DNA from: Minisyncoccia bacterium
Lineage (GTDB): Bacteria; Patescibacteriota; Minisyncoccia; SW-4-49-11
Length of the DNA: 64,000 nucleotides
Direction of reading: 5' to 3'
Assembly: GCA_044356325.1 (NCBI GenBank)
Contig: JBIKWJ010000002.1
Location: forward strand, 94,327-158,326
The notes below the pieces were generated by a model. That model searched no databases. It was not told the origin of the DNA and worked only from the letters and a program-made list of their open reading frames with translations. Below, in pieces: positions 8,986-18,089 of the stretch. Positions within the stretch are counted from its first letter, which is position 1. The number at the start of each line of letters is the position of its first letter. A program made the position numbers and the translations under genes.

Positions 8986-9039
8986 TCGGCCAAACCCCTT
9001 TTACCAACAAAAAAAACAGGATAAACCTGTTTTCTTCAT

Positions 9040-9116
9040 TGGCGGGGACGGCCGGGCTCGAACCGGTGACCTTCTGCGTGACAGGCAGACGCTCTAACCA
9101 ACTGAGCTACGCCCCC
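9040..9116 (-). tRNA. tRNA-Asp (anticodon GTC), CCA encoded
   Basis: Manual fold of GGGGGCGTAGCTCAGTTGGTTAGAGCGTCTGCCTGTCACGCAGAAGGTCACCGGTTCGAGCCCGGCCGTCCCCGCCA. Anticodon loop is CTGTCAC, and a terminator hairpin follows. Confidence 0.8.
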
Positions 9117-9167
9117 ATAATTGTTGTAGTATAGCAATAATACTGTATTTGTACAAGAGCAATACTA

Positions 9168-9242
9168 TGGGGTGGCCAACGGGAATTGAACCCGTAATGT
9201 CGGAACCACAACCCGAAGTTTTACCATTAAACTATGGCCACC
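9168..9242 (-). tRNA. tRNA-His (anticodon GTG) with encoded G-1 and C73
   Basis: GGTGGCCATAGTTTAATGGTAAAACTTCGGGTTGTGGTTCCGACATTACGGGTTCAATTCCCGTTGGCCACCCCA. The acceptor pairs 7 bp, and the extra 5' G opposite C73 is the His identity element. Confidence 0.8.
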
Positions 9243-9307
9243 ACATAATATTTCTCCTTTTGACAAGAAGTCTAGAATATTCTATCAAAAATAAGCTTGA
9301 TTTGCAA

Positions 9308-10648
9308 CTACACCCCCTGCTTATTTTGCAATATTACTTTTAACACCTCTTCTTTACTAGTAGTGACTGTGAATAAACATAAGTCTTTATTATTAATAGT
9401 TCGCTCCTCTTTATCCAAAACTTCTCTCATATATTTTACCAGTGGTGCCCAAAATTCATCATCATAAAGAATTAAAGAAATAGGATCTGCTTTATGAGTC
9501 TGGACGAGGGTTAAAACTTCGAATAACTGATGCAATGTACCCAAACCTCCTGGGCAGAATAGATATTGATTAGTAGGTCCTGTTAAGATAAATTGCCTTG
9601 TAAAGGGGAATCTAAAGTGAATAGAATCACTTACATAATTGTTCATTGTTTTTCCTGCTTGATGCAAAAGAGTTGCAAAAGCTGGTTTTCCGGCTTCAGC
9701 AGAGGCTTTATTAGCTGCCTCAGCGATTCCAAAACCTCCTCCTGTGAGAATACTAAAGTCATATTTGATTAATTCCTGTGCAATGACATAGGTATCCTGA
9801 TAATAATGACTATCTTGTGATACTTTATTACTTCCGAGTATTGTCACATTTTTAGGTAAAGATTCCAAGAATTCAAGCCCTTCTACTAATTCCGCCATAA
9901 TCCGGAATATTCTCCAGTTTATACTAGAGATAGCATTAGTATTAGTCATATTATCTAGAAAATTAGGATGATCCTCTGTGTGTTTGATAATCTCATAAGC
10001 CTCTTCGGCAGTTTCTACTATATGTAGCATTTCTAAATCCTCAGGCTTAATGGCTCCAAAAATTTGATGACAGGTGTCTTTTAAGAAGCTTACCAAAGGA
10101 GTCCAAAACTCCACTCCCACCAAAATCACTGGCACTTTTTGAGTAAATCCCAGAGCCATTTCATTTAAAACTTGGAATAATTCATCCAATGTCCCATAAC
10201 CTCCTTGGAAATATACAAAAGCCTGCGAAGGGGTGGTAAGCATTACTTTACGAGTAAAGAAATAACTAAATTCTACTGAATCTGTCACATAAGGGTTAAT
10301 TTTTTGTTCTATTGGAAGCTCAATCCCGAGCCCAATAGAATCACCTTTTACTTGAAAAGCCCCACGATTAGCAGCCTCCATAATACCAGGTCCTCCTCCT
10401 GTAATCACAGTATAATTATTGAGTCCTAATAATTCCCCTAATTTACGTGCTTTTATATAATATTGATCATCTTCATGAGTACGGGCTGAGCCAAATATCG
10501 TAACTTCATTTTTGTATTTTGCCATCAAATCATAACCCTCTACAAATTCCGCCATTACCTTGAATAATTTCCAAGAATCTGTTTGGGCGAGCTGATAGGG
10601 AGCTCCTATGGCGTCTTGAAGAGTTTTGAGTTTTTCGGTATATGCCAT
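9308..10648 (-). CDS. Tandem-duplicated LOG-family protein (two TIGR00730-like cytokinin-riboside-5'-phosphate phosphoribohydrolase-type domains)
   Basis: Two copies of the GGGxGxMEAANxGA ... PGGxGTLxELFE pattern: TGGGPGIMEAANRGA and GGYGTLDELFQ, then TGGGFGIAEAANKA and PGGLGTLHQLFE. Start trimmed to MAYTEK. Confidence 0.8.
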   Translation of the reverse strand: MAYTEKLKTLQDAIGAPYQLAQTDSWKLFKVMAEFVEGYDLMAKYKNEVTIFGSARTHEDDQYYIKARKLGELLGLNNYTVITGGGPGIMEAANRGAFQVKGDSIGLGIELPIEQKINPYVTDSVEFSYFFTRKVMLTTPSQAFVYFQGGYGTLDELFQVLNEMALGFTQKVPVILVGVEFWTPLVSFLKDTCHQIFGAIKPEDLEMLHIVETAEEAYEIIKHTEDHPNFLDNMTNTNAISSINWRIFRIMAELVEGLEFLESLPKNVTILGSNKVSQDSHYYQDTYVIAQELIKYDFSILTGGGFGIAEAANKASAEAGKPAFATLLHQAGKTMNNYVSDSIHFRFPFTRQFILTGPTNQYLFCPGGLGTLHQLFEVLTLVQTHKADPISLILYDDEFWAPLVKYMREVLDKEERTINNKDLCLFTVTTSKEEVLKVILQNKQGV

Positions 10649-10674
10649 AATTTTGTTTTGAATAATTGAGTGGG

Positions 10675-10944
10675 TGTCTCCGACCCCTTTCAGGTTCAAT
10701 CGTTTAATTCTTTGCTTTTAATTTCTCATCCGATATCTGATTGCATCCTATTCCGCAGTGTCTCCGATTGGGATCTCAGTCGCTATCGCTCTTTGGAAAC
10801 CCACGGTTTCCAACACTCGGAGTAAACTCCTCGCTGCCTTCCTTCACGGGGAACTCCCGTTCCCCGACCCCCTCCCAGTTCGATCCTTTAAGTATTTGCT
10901 TTTAATTAATATTTCGATTTCTGGTTTTTTACTCGTTTGCGGGG
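10675..10944 (-). other. tRNA-Arg trailer complex: exact 18-nt duplicate of the tRNA 3' end, an extra junction copy, and hairpin elements ggaaacccacggtttcc and ggggaactcccgttccccgacccc
   Basis: gtgtctccgattgggatc occurs at 10758-10775 and again as the true tRNA 3' end at 10945-10962. gggtgtctccga joined to cccctttcaggttcaatcg at 10672-10700 looks like a tRNA/element junction. About 100 bp upstream of the tRNA end is also duplicated. Confidence 0.65.
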
Positions 10945-11019
10945 GTGTCTCCGATTGGGATCGAACCAATAACCTACAGCTTAGAAGGCTGTTGCTCTAT
11001 CCGATTGAGCTACAGAGAC
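10945..11019 (-). tRNA. tRNA-Arg (anticodon TCT)
   Basis: GTCTCTGTAGCTCAATCGGATAGAGCAACAGCCTTCTAAGCTGTAGGTTATTGGTTCGATCCCAATCGGAGACA. Anticodon stem is ACAGC/GCTGT with loop CTTCTAA. Confidence 0.8.
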
Positions 11020-11084
11020 GATATCACAAGATATTATATCAATTTTTAGAATTTTTAGCAAGAAAAGGTGTTACGCTTAAATTT

Positions 11085-11215
11085 GTCGTAGGGGCGACCT
11101 TTCAGTCGCCAGTCCACACCCGTCACTTCGTGACACCCTCGCCAGCGAGGGACAGTTATTTTGTCCTCCCTTGGGGGAGGTGGCACGAAGTGACGGAGGA
11201 GGACATTCCTCACAA
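11085..11215. repeat. Mosaic hairpin array (families C, M, G and D)
   Basis: Contains gtaggggcgacctttcagtcgcc, gtcacttcgtgac, ccctcgccagcgaggg and gtcctcccttgggggaggtggcacgaagtgacggaggaggac. Confidence 0.8.
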
Positions 11216-11230
11216 TTTATAATCAATCCA

Positions 11231-13234
11231 CTACCATTCAGGATCATAGTCAGTATAAGTGAGAGATAATTGCTCTAAGAGATGATCTGGTATCTCGGTA
11301 ATAAATCGTGAAGAGGGATTGGATTGAATTTGCCCAAATATACGCCTGAGTTGAGTATATGTCATATATAGCTTATCCTTGGCTCTGGTAATACCAACAT
11401 AACATAGTCGACGCTCTTCCTCTAATTCTTTATGGGAGATAAGACTTCGAGAGTGGGGGAGTATACCTTCTTCCATACCAATCATAAATACCACCGGGAA
11501 TTCAAGCCCCTTAGCAGCATGATATGTCATCAAAGTGACCGCTTGAGTAGCCTGCATTCCATCAATATCAGATAATAAGGCGGTTTCTTGCAAGAATTCA
11601 TATAAAGCCTCCTCCACAGGGAGATTATCAAATTTCTGTGTTACCGTGAACAATTCTTCAATATATTCCATTCTAGCTTCATTTTCTTTGCTTTTTTCCC
11701 AATGGCTAGTATATTGGGTGATTTTCAAGATATCTGCTACCAATTGAGATAGGGTATACTTATCTCTCTCAAAAGCCCCCTTAAGCTCAAAAATTTGCTC
11801 ACAGAAGACCATTATTCCTCTTCGGGCTCCTCCAGTAATCTTGAGAGAATATTTGTCCGTATGGGTCAATAATTCGAGCAAGTCGATATTTTGCTCATTT
11901 TCATTACTTTCAGAATAGGCGTGTAGGATTTTGTCTATACTAGCCTTACCGACTGATCGCTTTGGCACATTGATAATACGCCGAAAAGAAGCCGTGTCAT
12001 TGGTATTATATAAGAATTTGAGATAGGCAAGGAGATCTTTGATTTCGGCTCTCTCATAGAATTTAGTACCTCCCACAATTTGATAGGGGATTCTCAGCTG
12101 CAAAAAGGCTTCTTCCAAAGCTCGAGATTGAGCATTAGTGCGATACAAACAAGCAAATCCTGACAAAGTATATTTACCTTTACCCACCAAGTCTTTGATG
12201 GTACGAGCCACAAATAAACTTTCTTGATATTCGTTTTCCGCCTCCACCAAATGAATTAATTCTCCCGATTCTTTATCTGTCCAAAGATTTTTATCTTTTT
12301 TCTGGGTATTTTTATCAATTACCTGATTGGCAGCATCCAGAATAATTTGGGTAGAGCGATAATTCTGCTCTAATAATACCACCTTGGTATCTTTATAATC
12401 TTTTTCAAAATTCAAGATATTCTTGTAGTCCGCCCCTCTCCAAGAATAAATAGCCTGAAAATCATCTCCCACCACACAAAGATTCTTATATTTATGTGCC
12501 AATAATTTTACCAATTCATATTGAGCCTGATTGGTATCCTGATACTCATCAATCATAATATAACGGTATCTATCCTGATAACGCGCCAAGACATCTGCAA
12601 ATTCTTTGAATAATATTACCGTATTCATAATAATATCATCAAAATCCATGGCATTATTCTTGCGTAATTGCTTCTGATATTCCTGATATAATTCAATAGC
12701 TAATTCCTCGAGGGGAGTAGTGGGATTATAGTCAGCAAATTGACTAGCAGTAATGAGATTGTTTTTAGCCTTAGAGATAATATATTGTATAGAAGCTGGT
12801 TTAACCTGATCTTTTGGAATATCTCGTTTTTTGAGCAAATCCTTGATAATATTCTGGCTATCTGTAGTGTCATAAATCAAAAATGACTTATCATAACCCA
12901 AAGCCTCAGCCTCACGGTGAAGAATATTCAGACAAACGGAGTGAAAGGTCCCTACCATAGGCATAGCAGGCACATTATCTCCAAAAGAGGTCTCAAGCAA
13001 ATGTTTTACTCGCTCCTTCATCTCTTTTGCCGCCTTATTAGTAAAGGTTACCGCTAAAATACTATAGGGAGATATTCCCTGAGCAATCATATAGGCAATA
13101 CGCTTAGTAAGCGTAGAAGTCTTCCCTGAACCCGCTCCAGCTAATACCAAAACAGGACCTTCTATGGTCTGGGCTGCTTCTAATTGTTTATCATTAAGTC
13201 CTTGGAGAATAGGATGAATTTTGTCTTTTGGCAT
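11231..13234 (-). CDS. pcrA: ATP-dependent DNA helicase PcrA/UvrD
   Basis: Q-motif and Walker A AGAGSGKT, plus TFTNKAA, DEYQDT and the C-terminal helicase motifs in UvrD order. 667 aa. Confidence 0.9.
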   Translation of the reverse strand: MPKDKIHPILQGLNDKQLEAAQTIEGPVLVLAGAGSGKTSTLTKRIAYMIAQGISPYSILAVTFTNKAAKEMKERVKHLLETSFGDNVPAMPMVGTFHSVCLNILHREAEALGYDKSFLIYDTTDSQNIIKDLLKKRDIPKDQVKPASIQYIISKAKNNLITASQFADYNPTTPLEELAIELYQEYQKQLRKNNAMDFDDIIMNTVILFKEFADVLARYQDRYRYIMIDEYQDTNQAQYELVKLLAHKYKNLCVVGDDFQAIYSWRGADYKNILNFEKDYKDTKVVLLEQNYRSTQIILDAANQVIDKNTQKKDKNLWTDKESGELIHLVEAENEYQESLFVARTIKDLVGKGKYTLSGFACLYRTNAQSRALEEAFLQLRIPYQIVGGTKFYERAEIKDLLAYLKFLYNTNDTASFRRIINVPKRSVGKASIDKILHAYSESNENEQNIDLLELLTHTDKYSLKITGGARRGIMVFCEQIFELKGAFERDKYTLSQLVADILKITQYTSHWEKSKENEARMEYIEELFTVTQKFDNLPVEEALYEFLQETALLSDIDGMQATQAVTLMTYHAAKGLEFPVVFMIGMEEGILPHSRSLISHKELEEERRLCYVGITRAKDKLYMTYTQLRRIFGQIQSNPSSRFITEIPDHLLEQLSLTYTDYDPEW

Positions 13235-13471
13235 TATATATCAATATTATATTTTTTCTTTGGTACAAGGTAATTATGGAGACTCCAAGCAGACTCGCAC
13301 TGCTGTAGAGGGTTTTGCAGACCCTTGCCTAACTTCTCGGCCATGGAGCCAATTACGGCTTTTAGTATAGCATAGATTCAGTTTTTAGGGAAATAGTAAG
13401 GAAAGAAAAAAGCCCACCGTCCGAAAACGGGGGTTGGGGGGGGCTTGGCATGGTATCCAGCGGAGGTAAGA

Positions 13472-13702
13472 CTAAAATACATTACCTCTTGTGAAGAGGT
13501 TGTATACCCAGCCCCCTCTCAAAGGGCCCCACCAATTACCATTATTTGGAAATGCCGGCAGTGTCCGTACAAAACCCCATCTATCTTGGGGGTAATAATA
13601 TCCTGCTTCACCCGTGTTACACCATGCTATATTCCCAATGTAGCCACCTTTCGCTGAAATGTAGCAAAAATCGTTTGGTAGGGTGTTTTGGGCATTAGTC
13701 AT
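13472..13702 (-). CDS. Cassette ORF, hypothetical W/G/Y-rich small protein (about 76 aa)
   Basis: Bounded by the conserved promoter at 13736-13766 and a terminator near 13405-13445. The track N-terminus MWYSF is the promoter -10 read as codons, so the ATG MTNAQ was chosen. Visibly GC-richer than flanks. Confidence 0.4.
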   Translation of the reverse strand: MTNAQNTLPNDFCYISAKGGYIGNIAWCNTGEAGYYYPQDRWGFVRTLPAFPNNGNWWGPLRGGWVYNLFTRGNVF

Positions 13703-13735
13703 AGTGACCAATCTCTTTGATAAAGGGTCGATAAA

Positions 13736-13766
13736 ACTATACCACACTCCTCTTATTTTGTCAAGA
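13736..13766 (-). promoter_or_regulatory. Conserved cassette promoter (TTGACAAAATAAGAGGAGTGTGGTATAGT on the minus strand)
   Basis: TTGACA, 17 nt, TGnTATAGT. Upstream is a conserved AT-rich about 100-bp leader shared with the 15340-15420 copy. Confidence 0.6.
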
Positions 13767-13904
13767 TGCGTTGTAATTTATTTATAATAATTATATCTAT
13801 TTTATCATTATTATAGCTTATTTGCTTATCTTTATACAATATTATATTTTGTTATAATTTTATGTTTTATTATTATACATTTTAACTTTCGTAGTGCTTT
13901 TGTC

Positions 13905-14110
13905 CTAAAATTCCCCTCGTTGAGGGGTGGACAGCTTCGCTGGACGGGGTGGAGTACTTTTATATTCGTAGGGTTTTTGTCCCTCCTATATTTATTTAGA
14001 AAAAACGACCTCTCAGTCGCCCGAAACCTAACCCCAAAACTTGACAAAAAAACACTACTATTATAAAATATATTTACATTTGGCGTTAGCCACGTCCCTC
14101 GTTTGCGAGG
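13905..14110. repeat. Mosaic hairpin array (families A, H, C and G)
   Basis: Contains aaaattcccctcgttgaggggtggacagcttcgctggacggggtggag, cgacctctcagtcgcccg and gtccctcgtttgcgagggc. Confidence 0.75.
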
Positions 14111-14426
14111 GCTCATTGATAAAGATTTATAAACCCTTCTTTTACTTTAGCAAAATCTATTTCATTCAAAGACCCCATTTTGTTATGTAGTCTCCTATAA
14201 TCAATTGTTCTGACCTGCTGTAAACAAGCTGTTATTCTCTTACCTTGATATTCATAGGCCACATACCAAGTACCTGTTTTATTTTTGGTAGTTGTAGGAA
14301 TAACCAAATATGTCCATTTATCTACCGTAGGTAGAAAGGAGGACATTAAAACGCTCCACCCCGTCAGGTAAGCCTGCCCAAAAAAAAACTCTATGCTATA
14401 ATATGGCTATATGCTAAATATTCTCT

Positions 14427-15017
14427 ATGCCCAAGCTAAAATCATCATCCTATACCTTCTCCCCCTCACAGGAGGGGACTTTACCGTTTGACGCTAATGC
14501 TAAGCGCAATGTCACTGATCAATTGGCCTGGGCGAAGCGAGAGGATATACTAGAGACTATTAATGAGAACAAAATCCCTATATCACTCTTACTTGTGAAT
14601 ATTGAGCGGGATAATAATATTGGCAATATTATTAGATCAGCCAATACCTTTGGGGTAGAGGAGGTGTTGATTTATGGGCGTAAGAAATTTGACCGCCGTA
14701 CTAGTGTGGGAGCGGAATTTTTTATGAAATTCCGGCATATTCGGTTTATTGAGGAATTAAAGCCTCTACGACAAGAATTTGATATTATATTAGGTCTAGA
14801 GCAAACTCCTGATTCAGTAGAATTACATAATTATCAGTGGCCACAAAATGCTAAAATACTGATTGCTATTGGTCATGAGGGTACAGGTATCCCCCCAGAA
14901 GTGTTGAGTTTATGTGATCAAACCCTTGAGATAGAACAATACGGCACGACTAGATCCCTGAATGTATCAGTTGCCACGGGTATTGTGATGTATGATTATC
15001 GGGTGAAAAATCTTTAG
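14427..15017 (+). CDS. SpoU/TrmH-family RNA 2'-O-methyltransferase
   Basis: SPOUT motifs NIGNIIRSANTFGV, AIGHEGTGIP and SLNVSVATGIVMY. The N-terminal 50 aa may be extension. Confidence 0.75.
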   Translation: MPKLKSSSYTFSPSQEGTLPFDANAKRNVTDQLAWAKREDILETINENKIPISLLLVNIERDNNIGNIIRSANTFGVEEVLIYGRKKFDRRTSVGAEFFMKFRHIRFIEELKPLRQEFDIILGLEQTPDSVELHNYQWPQNAKILIAIGHEGTGIPPEVLSLCDQTLEIEQYGTTRSLNVSVATGIVMYDYRVKNL

Positions 15018-15075
15018 TTATAAAACTTGATACCCACTATTAAAACTGGGGTTTTTATTATATTTCAAATTAATA

Positions 15076-15102
15076 AAAACCGACTGCAAAGCAGTCGGTG
15101 AT
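15076..15102. terminator. Bidirectional terminator (accgactgcaaagcagtcggt)
   Basis: Perfect 9-bp stem with A and T runs. Sits between the convergent trmH-like gene and the cassette ORF. Confidence 0.6.
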
Positions 15103-15112
15103 GAAAAAGTAA

Positions 15113-15277
15113 TTAGAAAGAGGGGGGAGGGATAGGCATACCCCACTGAAGCATAAGTTGCTCATGACTAACAAGAGCATATCTAGCTTCTTCACTGTCG
15201 GGTGAAGTATTGTATCTTTGTCTCAAAATATTTAACCAATAAACAAAATGTTGAACAACAGGATGATTAACATCCAT
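15113..15277 (-). CDS. Cassette ORF, small hypothetical protein (about 54 aa)
   Basis: GGAGG lies 5 nt before the ATG (MDVNHPVV), with a TTGATA/TGnTATAGT promoter upstream. The track N-terminus MWYSF is a promoter artefact. Confidence 0.35.
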   Translation of the reverse strand: MDVNHPVVQHFVYWLNILRQRYNTSPDSEEARYALVSHEQLMLQWGMPIPPPSF

Positions 15278-15309
15278 AACATCCTCCAAAGAGCAAATTG
15301 TAAAAAAAC

Positions 15310-15337
15310 TATACCACAAATCTTAAATTTTATCAAA
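15310..15337 (-). promoter_or_regulatory. Conserved cassette promoter variant (TTGATA N17 TATAGT)
   Basis: Homologous to the 13736-13766 promoter and AT-rich leader block. Confidence 0.5.
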
Positions 15338-15439
15338 AATTATTAGCTTTTTTAGTTATCTTTACATAATATTATATTTTGTCATTATTTTTTGTTTTAT
15401 TATTATACATTTTAACTTTCGTAAGAGCACCTTGCTCTA

Positions 15440-15575
15440 AAGATTCCCCTCTCCACCTACGGTCGATAAATTGAGGGCTTTCGTCCCTCCCATACTTTAG
15501 TTTGGGAGGGGGTCGACAGCTTCGCTGGACGGGGTGGAGTGCTTTTGTATTCGTAGGGGCAACCTTTCAGGCTCC
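15440..15575. repeat. Mosaic hairpin array (families A-like, J, H and C)
   Basis: Contains cccctctccacctacggtcgataaattgagggc (inverted copy at 41790), cctcccatactttagtttgggaggg, gctggacggggtggag and cgtaggggcaacctttcaggctcc. Confidence 0.75.
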
Positions 15576-15768
15576 TATATATTATGGTATTAGAGATATT
15601 CTTATTATTAAAACCTTAGGAGATAGTAATCTCTCTTATCTACAATCTCCTCATCTCATACAAGCTATTGACAAAATAAAAATTAGTCATATACTTATAT
15701 ATGATGTTTCACATTTAAAAAGCCATGTTTTTCACAACTCTAGCAGTACTTTTAGGAGGTCCACTCCT

Positions 15769-15816
15769 ATGGGTCATGTGGGGAATACTAGCCATGTGGA
15801 AAGAAATCCCAAATGA
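15769..15816 (+). CDS. Putative 15-aa peptide (MGHVGNTSHVERNPK) with a perfect Shine-Dalgarno sequence
   Basis: AGGAGG lies 9 nt upstream of the ATG. A strong terminator at 15867-15900 follows. Highly speculative. Confidence 0.2.
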   Translation: MGHVGNTSHVERNPK

Positions 15817-15866
15817 TCCTATCGTATAGCGATACGATAAATTTATTCTTATTATTTATAAATTAA

Positions 15867-15900
15867 AGACCAGATGCCCTCGCGTATCTGGTCTTTTTAT
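15867..15900 (+). terminator. Rho-independent terminator (agaccagat..atctggtct followed by TTTTT)
   Basis: 9-bp stem plus a T-run on the plus strand. Confidence 0.6.
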
Positions 15901-15964
15901 ATCTCCATTTACAAAGATATCTCAATATATTATACTATATGAGCTCCTTCAATACCCCTCCTCA

Positions 15965-16231
15965 ATGGAAAGATTAGAACTTAGACTACCCCAAAGACTA
16001 GTAGATAGATTTCATGGTCATTCTAAAACAGCTGAGCGTACTGTTAGTGATGCTGGACGAGATGCTTTAAGTTTGTATTTGAGCATAGTATCTCTTCTAG
16101 AACGAAGGGGTGAACCTATCGTAATAGAGATAAATCCCTCCCTAAGCTACTTCACAGTACTACATGATCAAGCTGACAAAGATAAACCAGAGTATACACC
16201 TCTCTTTCCCTTCCTCAAACCCATCTCTTGA
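15965..16231 (+). CDS. Ribbon-helix-helix (CopG/Arc-like) DNA-binding protein
   Basis: N-terminal MERLELRLPQRLVDRF..SKTAERTVSDAGRDAL fits the RHH beta-strand/helix pattern. TTTACA N17 TATACT lies upstream. Confidence 0.4.
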   Translation: MERLELRLPQRLVDRFHGHSKTAERTVSDAGRDALSLYLSIVSLLERRGEPIVIEINPSLSYFTVLHDQADKDKPEYTPLFPFLKPIS

Positions 16232-16239
16232 TGGGTTTT

Positions 16240-16584
16240 TTATTTTTCTTCCTCTAATTCATCTAATAGCTTATCTAGCTCATAAGCTTCGAGAGCCTCG
16301 CTATCAATTTCAAATCTCAGTTCCGGAGAGCGACCTCTTGAGAGTATATCGGCCAGGAAATATTCATATTCTTTATGCGTCTTACGAAGCTTTTGTAATA
16401 CAGTACCTTGTTTGTCATTCGGGAAAACTGTCACCTTGATATCTGCTACTTGCAAATCCGCACTCACAATCACTCTTGATACGGTAACCAGAATTCCAGG
16501 GTCCACATCTAATTCTCGGAGTAGCAATAGGGATAATTGCTCCTGTATAAGTTGTTGATAACGAATTAAATGTCTGTCTGCCAT
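16240..16584 (-). CDS. rbfA: Ribosome-binding factor A
   Basis: Position immediately downstream of infB. 114 aa KH-like RbfA with acidic C-tail. Confidence 0.8.
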   Translation of the reverse strand: MADRHLIRYQQLIQEQLSLLLLRELDVDPGILVTVSRVIVSADLQVADIKVTVFPNDKQGTVLQKLRKTHKEYEYFLADILSRGRSPELRFEIDSEALEAYELDKLLDELEEEK

Positions 16585-16587
16585 TAT

Positions 16588-18084
16588 TTATTTTTTAATC
16601 TGTTCATAGACATAGAGTATATCTCCCTCTATTGGAGTGGTTTTCTTAAAAGAACAAGAAATTACCATTCCACATTCATTTCCGTCTGAGACATCAGATA
16701 CATCTTGTTTATCTTGTTGAAGATTAGTCAATTTACCCTGTACAATAACCTTGCCTTCGGAATTCTCTATTTCAATCAGACCATTACGTACCATACGCCC
16801 TGTGCGTACAATTCCTCCCAAAATAAGACTTTTTTTATCTTCCTTGAATACTTTCAATACTTTGAGTTCCCCGAGATCGGTTCTGGTCACTTTTGGACCT
16901 TCTAATTGAATGATTTGGTCTCGAATTTCATCGATTAATTCATATATCAGTCGATAATATTTAATAGCCACATCCTTGAGGTCTGCTAATTCTTTTATTT
17001 TCTTATCCTGTTTGATTCCAAATCCAAGTATTACAGCTTGCTGTACTTTTGCTTGAGCAATATCATTAGCGGTAATATCTCCTACTTCTCGTCCCACAAT
17101 GGTAATTTTGATATCTAATTGCACAATTTGCCCAAGAGCATATTCTATAGCATCTAGAGACCCGATAGAATCGGCTTTAATAATAAGGTTAAGAGTTTTC
17201 TCTTTTTCGAGTAGAGATTGAATAACTGGATTATTAGCTGGAGGTATTTTGGCCGCTTCAATCAAAGCCATAGCATCATTTTCTGAGGCTACTACACGAA
17301 ATTCATCTCCGGCTGAGGCCACATTTTTTAGCCCCAATATTCGAGCAGGCTCAGCGGGTAAAGCCTCTTTTATCATAGTTCCTGAATCATTGGTCATACG
17401 GCGAATTTTACCATATACCGTATTCCCGACTAATAGCACATCCCCTAATTTTAATTTTCCATTTAATACCACAATATCAGATAAAGGTCCTGCCTTAGAG
17501 TCAAGGAATGACTCCAAAACAAATCCATCAGTTGCGGATGGGTCATAATTAGCTTTAAGCTCTTCTACTTCAGCTACCAGAGCTATCATTTCGAGAAGTT
17601 CTGGGATACCCTCCCCGCTAACAGAAGATACATTTTGTACAATAGTTTGCCCTCCCCATTCCTCAGGAGTTAAGTCTAATTCTGCCAAATCAGCTTTTAT
17701 CTTATCGAGTACGAGATTTGGCTTATCAATTTTGGTAATAGCTACAATAATAGGTAATTGAGTACTTTTGGCAAGTTCAATAGCCTCAAGAGTTTGTGGT
17801 TTCACACCTTCGTCTCCTGCAATAACAATAATAATAATATCTGCCGTTCTAATCCCACGACTTCGAATAGATTTAAAGGCTTCATGACCAGGAGTATCAA
17901 TAAATGTTATAGTAGCATCTTTGTGAGATACCTGATAAGACCCAATATGTTGGGTAATACCTCCAGCTTCACCCGCAGTCACATTAGCCTTACGAATATA
18001 ATCGAGAAGACTGGTTTTCCCATGATCAATATGTCCCATAATGGTGACAATTGGAGGGCGAGGCTGAATAGTGGAATCTGACAT
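16588..18084 (-). CDS. infB: Translation initiation factor IF-2 (short form)
   Basis: G-domain IMGHIDHGKTSLLD, DTPGHEAF and TKIDK, followed by beta-barrel domains. 498 aa. Confidence 0.9.
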   Translation of the reverse strand: MSDSTIQPRPPIVTIMGHIDHGKTSLLDYIRKANVTAGEAGGITQHIGSYQVSHKDATITFIDTPGHEAFKSIRSRGIRTADIIIIVIAGDEGVKPQTLEAIELAKSTQLPIIVAITKIDKPNLVLDKIKADLAELDLTPEEWGGQTIVQNVSSVSGEGIPELLEMIALVAEVEELKANYDPSATDGFVLESFLDSKAGPLSDIVVLNGKLKLGDVLLVGNTVYGKIRRMTNDSGTMIKEALPAEPARILGLKNVASAGDEFRVVASENDAMALIEAAKIPPANNPVIQSLLEKEKTLNLIIKADSIGSLDAIEYALGQIVQLDIKITIVGREVGDITANDIAQAKVQQAVILGFGIKQDKKIKELADLKDVAIKYYRLIYELIDEIRDQIIQLEGPKVTRTDLGELKVLKVFKEDKKSLILGGIVRTGRMVRNGLIEIENSEGKVIVQGKLTNLQQDKQDVSDVSDGNECGMVISCSFKKTTPIEGDILYVYEQIKK

Positions 18085-18089
18085 AATAT

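Noticed and set aside
9149-11222. ORFs 9149-9343 (+) and 10758-11222 (+)
   Set aside because: They overlap tRNA-His, tRNA-Arg and the repeat or trailer elements. They are artefacts of reading through RNA genes and repeats.
14113-14346. ORF 14113-14346 (and 21722-21919, 13832-14116 and the first half of 15502-15816) sharing the SSFLPTVDKW motif
   Set aside because: The shared peptide is the translation of the hairpin module tcctttctacctacggtagataaatgg. These ORFs run through repeat arrays or AT-rich leaders and are most likely non-coding.
16164-16439. ORF 16164-16439 (+)
   Set aside because: Antisense to rbfA over most of its length.
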